Virus record (IMG/VR): IMGVR_UViG_3300010397_000043
Coordinates: 1-64,000 of that record
Reading direction: 5' to 3' (one strand)
Length of the DNA: 64,000 bases
Source: a virus
A program made the translations under genes and the position numbers. The first letter of the stretch is position 1. Each line of letters starts with the position of its first letter. The notes below the pieces were generated by a model. It was given only the letters and a program-made list of their open reading frames with translations, was not told where the DNA came from and made no database searches. Of this stretch, positions 62,018-64,000 are shown piece after piece.

Positions 62018-64000
62018 ATGGCCCTGGACCTCGACTTCGAGACTTTCTGCGAGCTGAACGTCCGCACGGTGGGCGCGTACCGGTACGCCAGCCACCCAAG
62101 CTGTGAAGTGCTGGTGTTGTGCTACTCCATTGACAACGGGCCGGTGCGCCGCTGGGTGCCCTACGCCGATGGCCCGGACGCACCCCCGCGCCCGCTGCCC
62201 AGGGCCCTGCGCCGCTACATCGAGGACACCGATGGTGAGCTGATCGCGCACAACAGCCAGTTTGAAATGTGCATCTGGCATTACGTGATGGAGCGGCTGC
62301 ACGATGCCCCGCCCATCGCGCCGCATCGATGGGTATGCACTGCGGCCATGGCGGCGGCATGCGGCTTGCCCCGTAGCCTGGACGGTGCAGCGATGGCGAT
62401 GCAGTTGCAGCACCAGAAGAACAAGGAAGGCGCACGACTGCTCAACATCTTCGCCAAGCCGCGCAAGCCCACGAAGCTGAACAAGGCGACCCGCACCTAC
62501 CCCTGGGACCGGCCCGACGAATTCGAGAAGCTGTGCGAGTACTGCGAGGACGACGTTCGTGCCGAGGCCGAGCTTTATGAGCGCCTGCCGAAGCTGTCCA
62601 AGTACGAGCGCCGGGTGTTCGCCAAAGATATTGAGATGAACAGCCGTGGCCTGCCGCTGGACGTGCGGGCCGTGAAGACCGGGTTTCGCCTGCTGACCGA
62701 ACTGGAGCGGCGGAACAAGAACCGTGTCGAGCAGTTGACCGGCGGTATACGTGCCACGCAGCGCGACAAGATGCTGGAGCATTTCAAGTCGCTGGGCGTC
62801 GAACTGGAAAACCTGCAGGCCAAGACGATCCGCGACCTGATTACGGCCCAGAAGGAAATACTGCCTGACGCGGCGGTCGAGCTACTGCTGCTGCGGATCG
62901 AGGGCGGCAAGGCTTCGACCAAGAAGCTGAAGAAGATGCTGGAGGTCATGCTCAAAGACGGGCGTGTCCGAGGTGCCTTCCTGTACTGGGGTGCGCACTG
63001 TGTACCCGGGGATACCGAAGTGCTGACCCGTAGCGGCTGGGTGCCTATCAAAGACTGGGATGGCAAGAGTGAGATCGCGCAAGTAAACGAGCAACTCGAA
63101 ACACAGTTCTTGCCCGGCAAGAAATTTGTCGGCCCAGTAGCAGATCGCTGGCTTCAAGTACGAACGGAGATGTTTACGGGGGACTTTACGCTCGGGCACA
63201 CGATGCCATACTTCCATAAACACAACGGTTCCTTCCAGTATGAAAAAGCTGGTGTGTTCGCCACTCGGGCCCGTCGCAGTGTCCCCGTATCTACTGTTAT
63301 GCCTAGCACCGGTGCGTTGAACGCAGTGCAGATGCGTGTGCTAACAATGGTCCAGGCCGATGGGCACTTCGCCAAAGGCAAGAACCAGGGCATGCTCCTC
63401 TTTACGTTCAAAAAAGAACGGAAGATCGAACGCTGTCAGAAACTTCTTGCGGAAGCTGGTATACCGTGTCGGGTGCGTGGCCCATACGCGAGCGGCAACG
63501 TGGCTGTGAAGATAAGCCGAAAAGACGTTCCGCATTGGCTAACCGAAGAACGTAAATCGTTTGGCCCATGGGTACTTGATAGTACCCCTGCGGCTCGACT
63601 TGCATTGATCGAAGAGGCAGCGTTCTGGGATGGATGTACCGACCCGCGCAACGAGTTCTTTTCGTACAGCTATTCAACTACGGACCCTGTAAGTGCCGAG
63701 TGGCTGCAGACGGTAGCGCATTTGACTGGGTACAGGTCTTCAATTACGATGCGTGATCGCGGACGCGAAGGCTGGAAGGATTCCTATCGAGTACATGTCT
63801 GGCAAGGTAATAGTGCTGACGTCCGTGAACATCACATGGCTGTTGTTACCGAAAGGCGTAAGACGTACTGCGCAGAAACGCAGACTGGGTATTGGCTTGC
63901 TAGACACAACGGTCATATATTCGTTACTGGGAATACGGGCCGGTACGCCGGCAAGCTAATCCAGCCGCAGAACTTCACGCGCGGCGAGTACACGCCGTAT
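62018..64000 (+). CDS. polA: Family A DNA polymerase (intein-containing, truncated by window end)
   Basis: LDFET and AHNSQFE exonuclease motifs, LPRSLD, YCEDDV, MNSRG, YWGAH/TGRYAGKLIQPQN. Confidence 0.93.
   Translation, partial: MALDLDFETFCELNVRTVGAYRYASHPSCEVLVLCYSIDNGPVRRWVPYADGPDAPPRPLPRALRRYIEDTDGELIAHNSQFEMCIWHYVMERLHDAPPIAPHRWVCTAAMAAACGLPRSLDGAAMAMQLQHQKNKEGARLLNIFAKPRKPTKLNKATRTYPWDRPDEFEKLCEYCEDDVRAEAELYERLPKLSKYERRVFAKDIEMNSRGLPLDVRAVKTGFRLLTELERRNKNRVEQLTGGIRATQRDKMLEHFKSLGVELENLQAKTIRDLITAQKEILPDAAVELLLLRIEGGKASTKKLKKMLEVMLKDGRVRGAFLYWGAHCVPGDTEVLTRSGWVPIKDWDGKSEIAQVNEQLETQFLPGKKFVGPVADRWLQVRTEMFTGDFTLGHTMPYFHKHNGSFQYEKAGVFATRARRSVPVSTVMPSTGALNAVQMRVLTMVQADGHFAKGKNQGMLLFTFKKERKIERCQKLLAEAGIPCRVRGPYASGNVAVKISRKDVPHWLTEERKSFGPWVLDSTPAARLALIEEAAFWDGCTDPRNEFFSYSYSTTDPVSAEWLQTVAHLTGYRSSITMRDRGREGWKDSYRVHVWQGNSADVREHHMAVVTERRKTYCAETQTGYWLARHNGHIFVTGNTGRYAGKLIQPQNFTRGEYTPY
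62999..63934 (+). mobile_element. Intein with LAGLIDADG homing endonuclease (312 aa)
   Basis: Starts CVPGDTEVLTRSGW, ends FVTGN followed by +1 Thr; MVQADG and AFWDG motifs; lower GC than flanks. Confidence 0.92.

Overview
This window is about 64 kb of a GC-rich tailed dsDNA phage genome with siphovirus-type architecture; embedded Rz/Rz1 spanins indicate a Gram-negative host. No integrase or clear CI-type repressor is visible. Positions 1-31.5 kb (minus strand) are the late module: HNH-terS-terL, HK97-type protease/capsid/portal, neck, tail tube, frameshifted tail chaperones, tape measure, lambda-like tail tip, a lysis cassette and a second operon of modular fibre-like proteins. At 31.8-33.8 kb lies a 2 kb island with four small genes, almost free of AGA/GGA/TGA on both strands and flanked by TGCAGAAA arrays (candidate terminal repeat or first-injected DNA). 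At 34.3-42.2 kb is a leftward operon of small hypothetical genes led by a structured ~330-nt RNA, followed by a primase-helicase. From 44.9 kb rightward come eight tandem paralogs with a CGTIACxLGWAC motif, many small genes, a degenerate HNH-AP2 protein, a ParB-like protein, a Cas4-like exonuclease, SSB, tRNA-Trp, an unusual tRNA-scaffolded RNA and an intein-containing family A DNA polymerase. A palindrome ATTACC-N3-GGTAAT occurs at least 9 times, mostly at operon starts. All calls come from manual reading and motif recall; no database searches were run.
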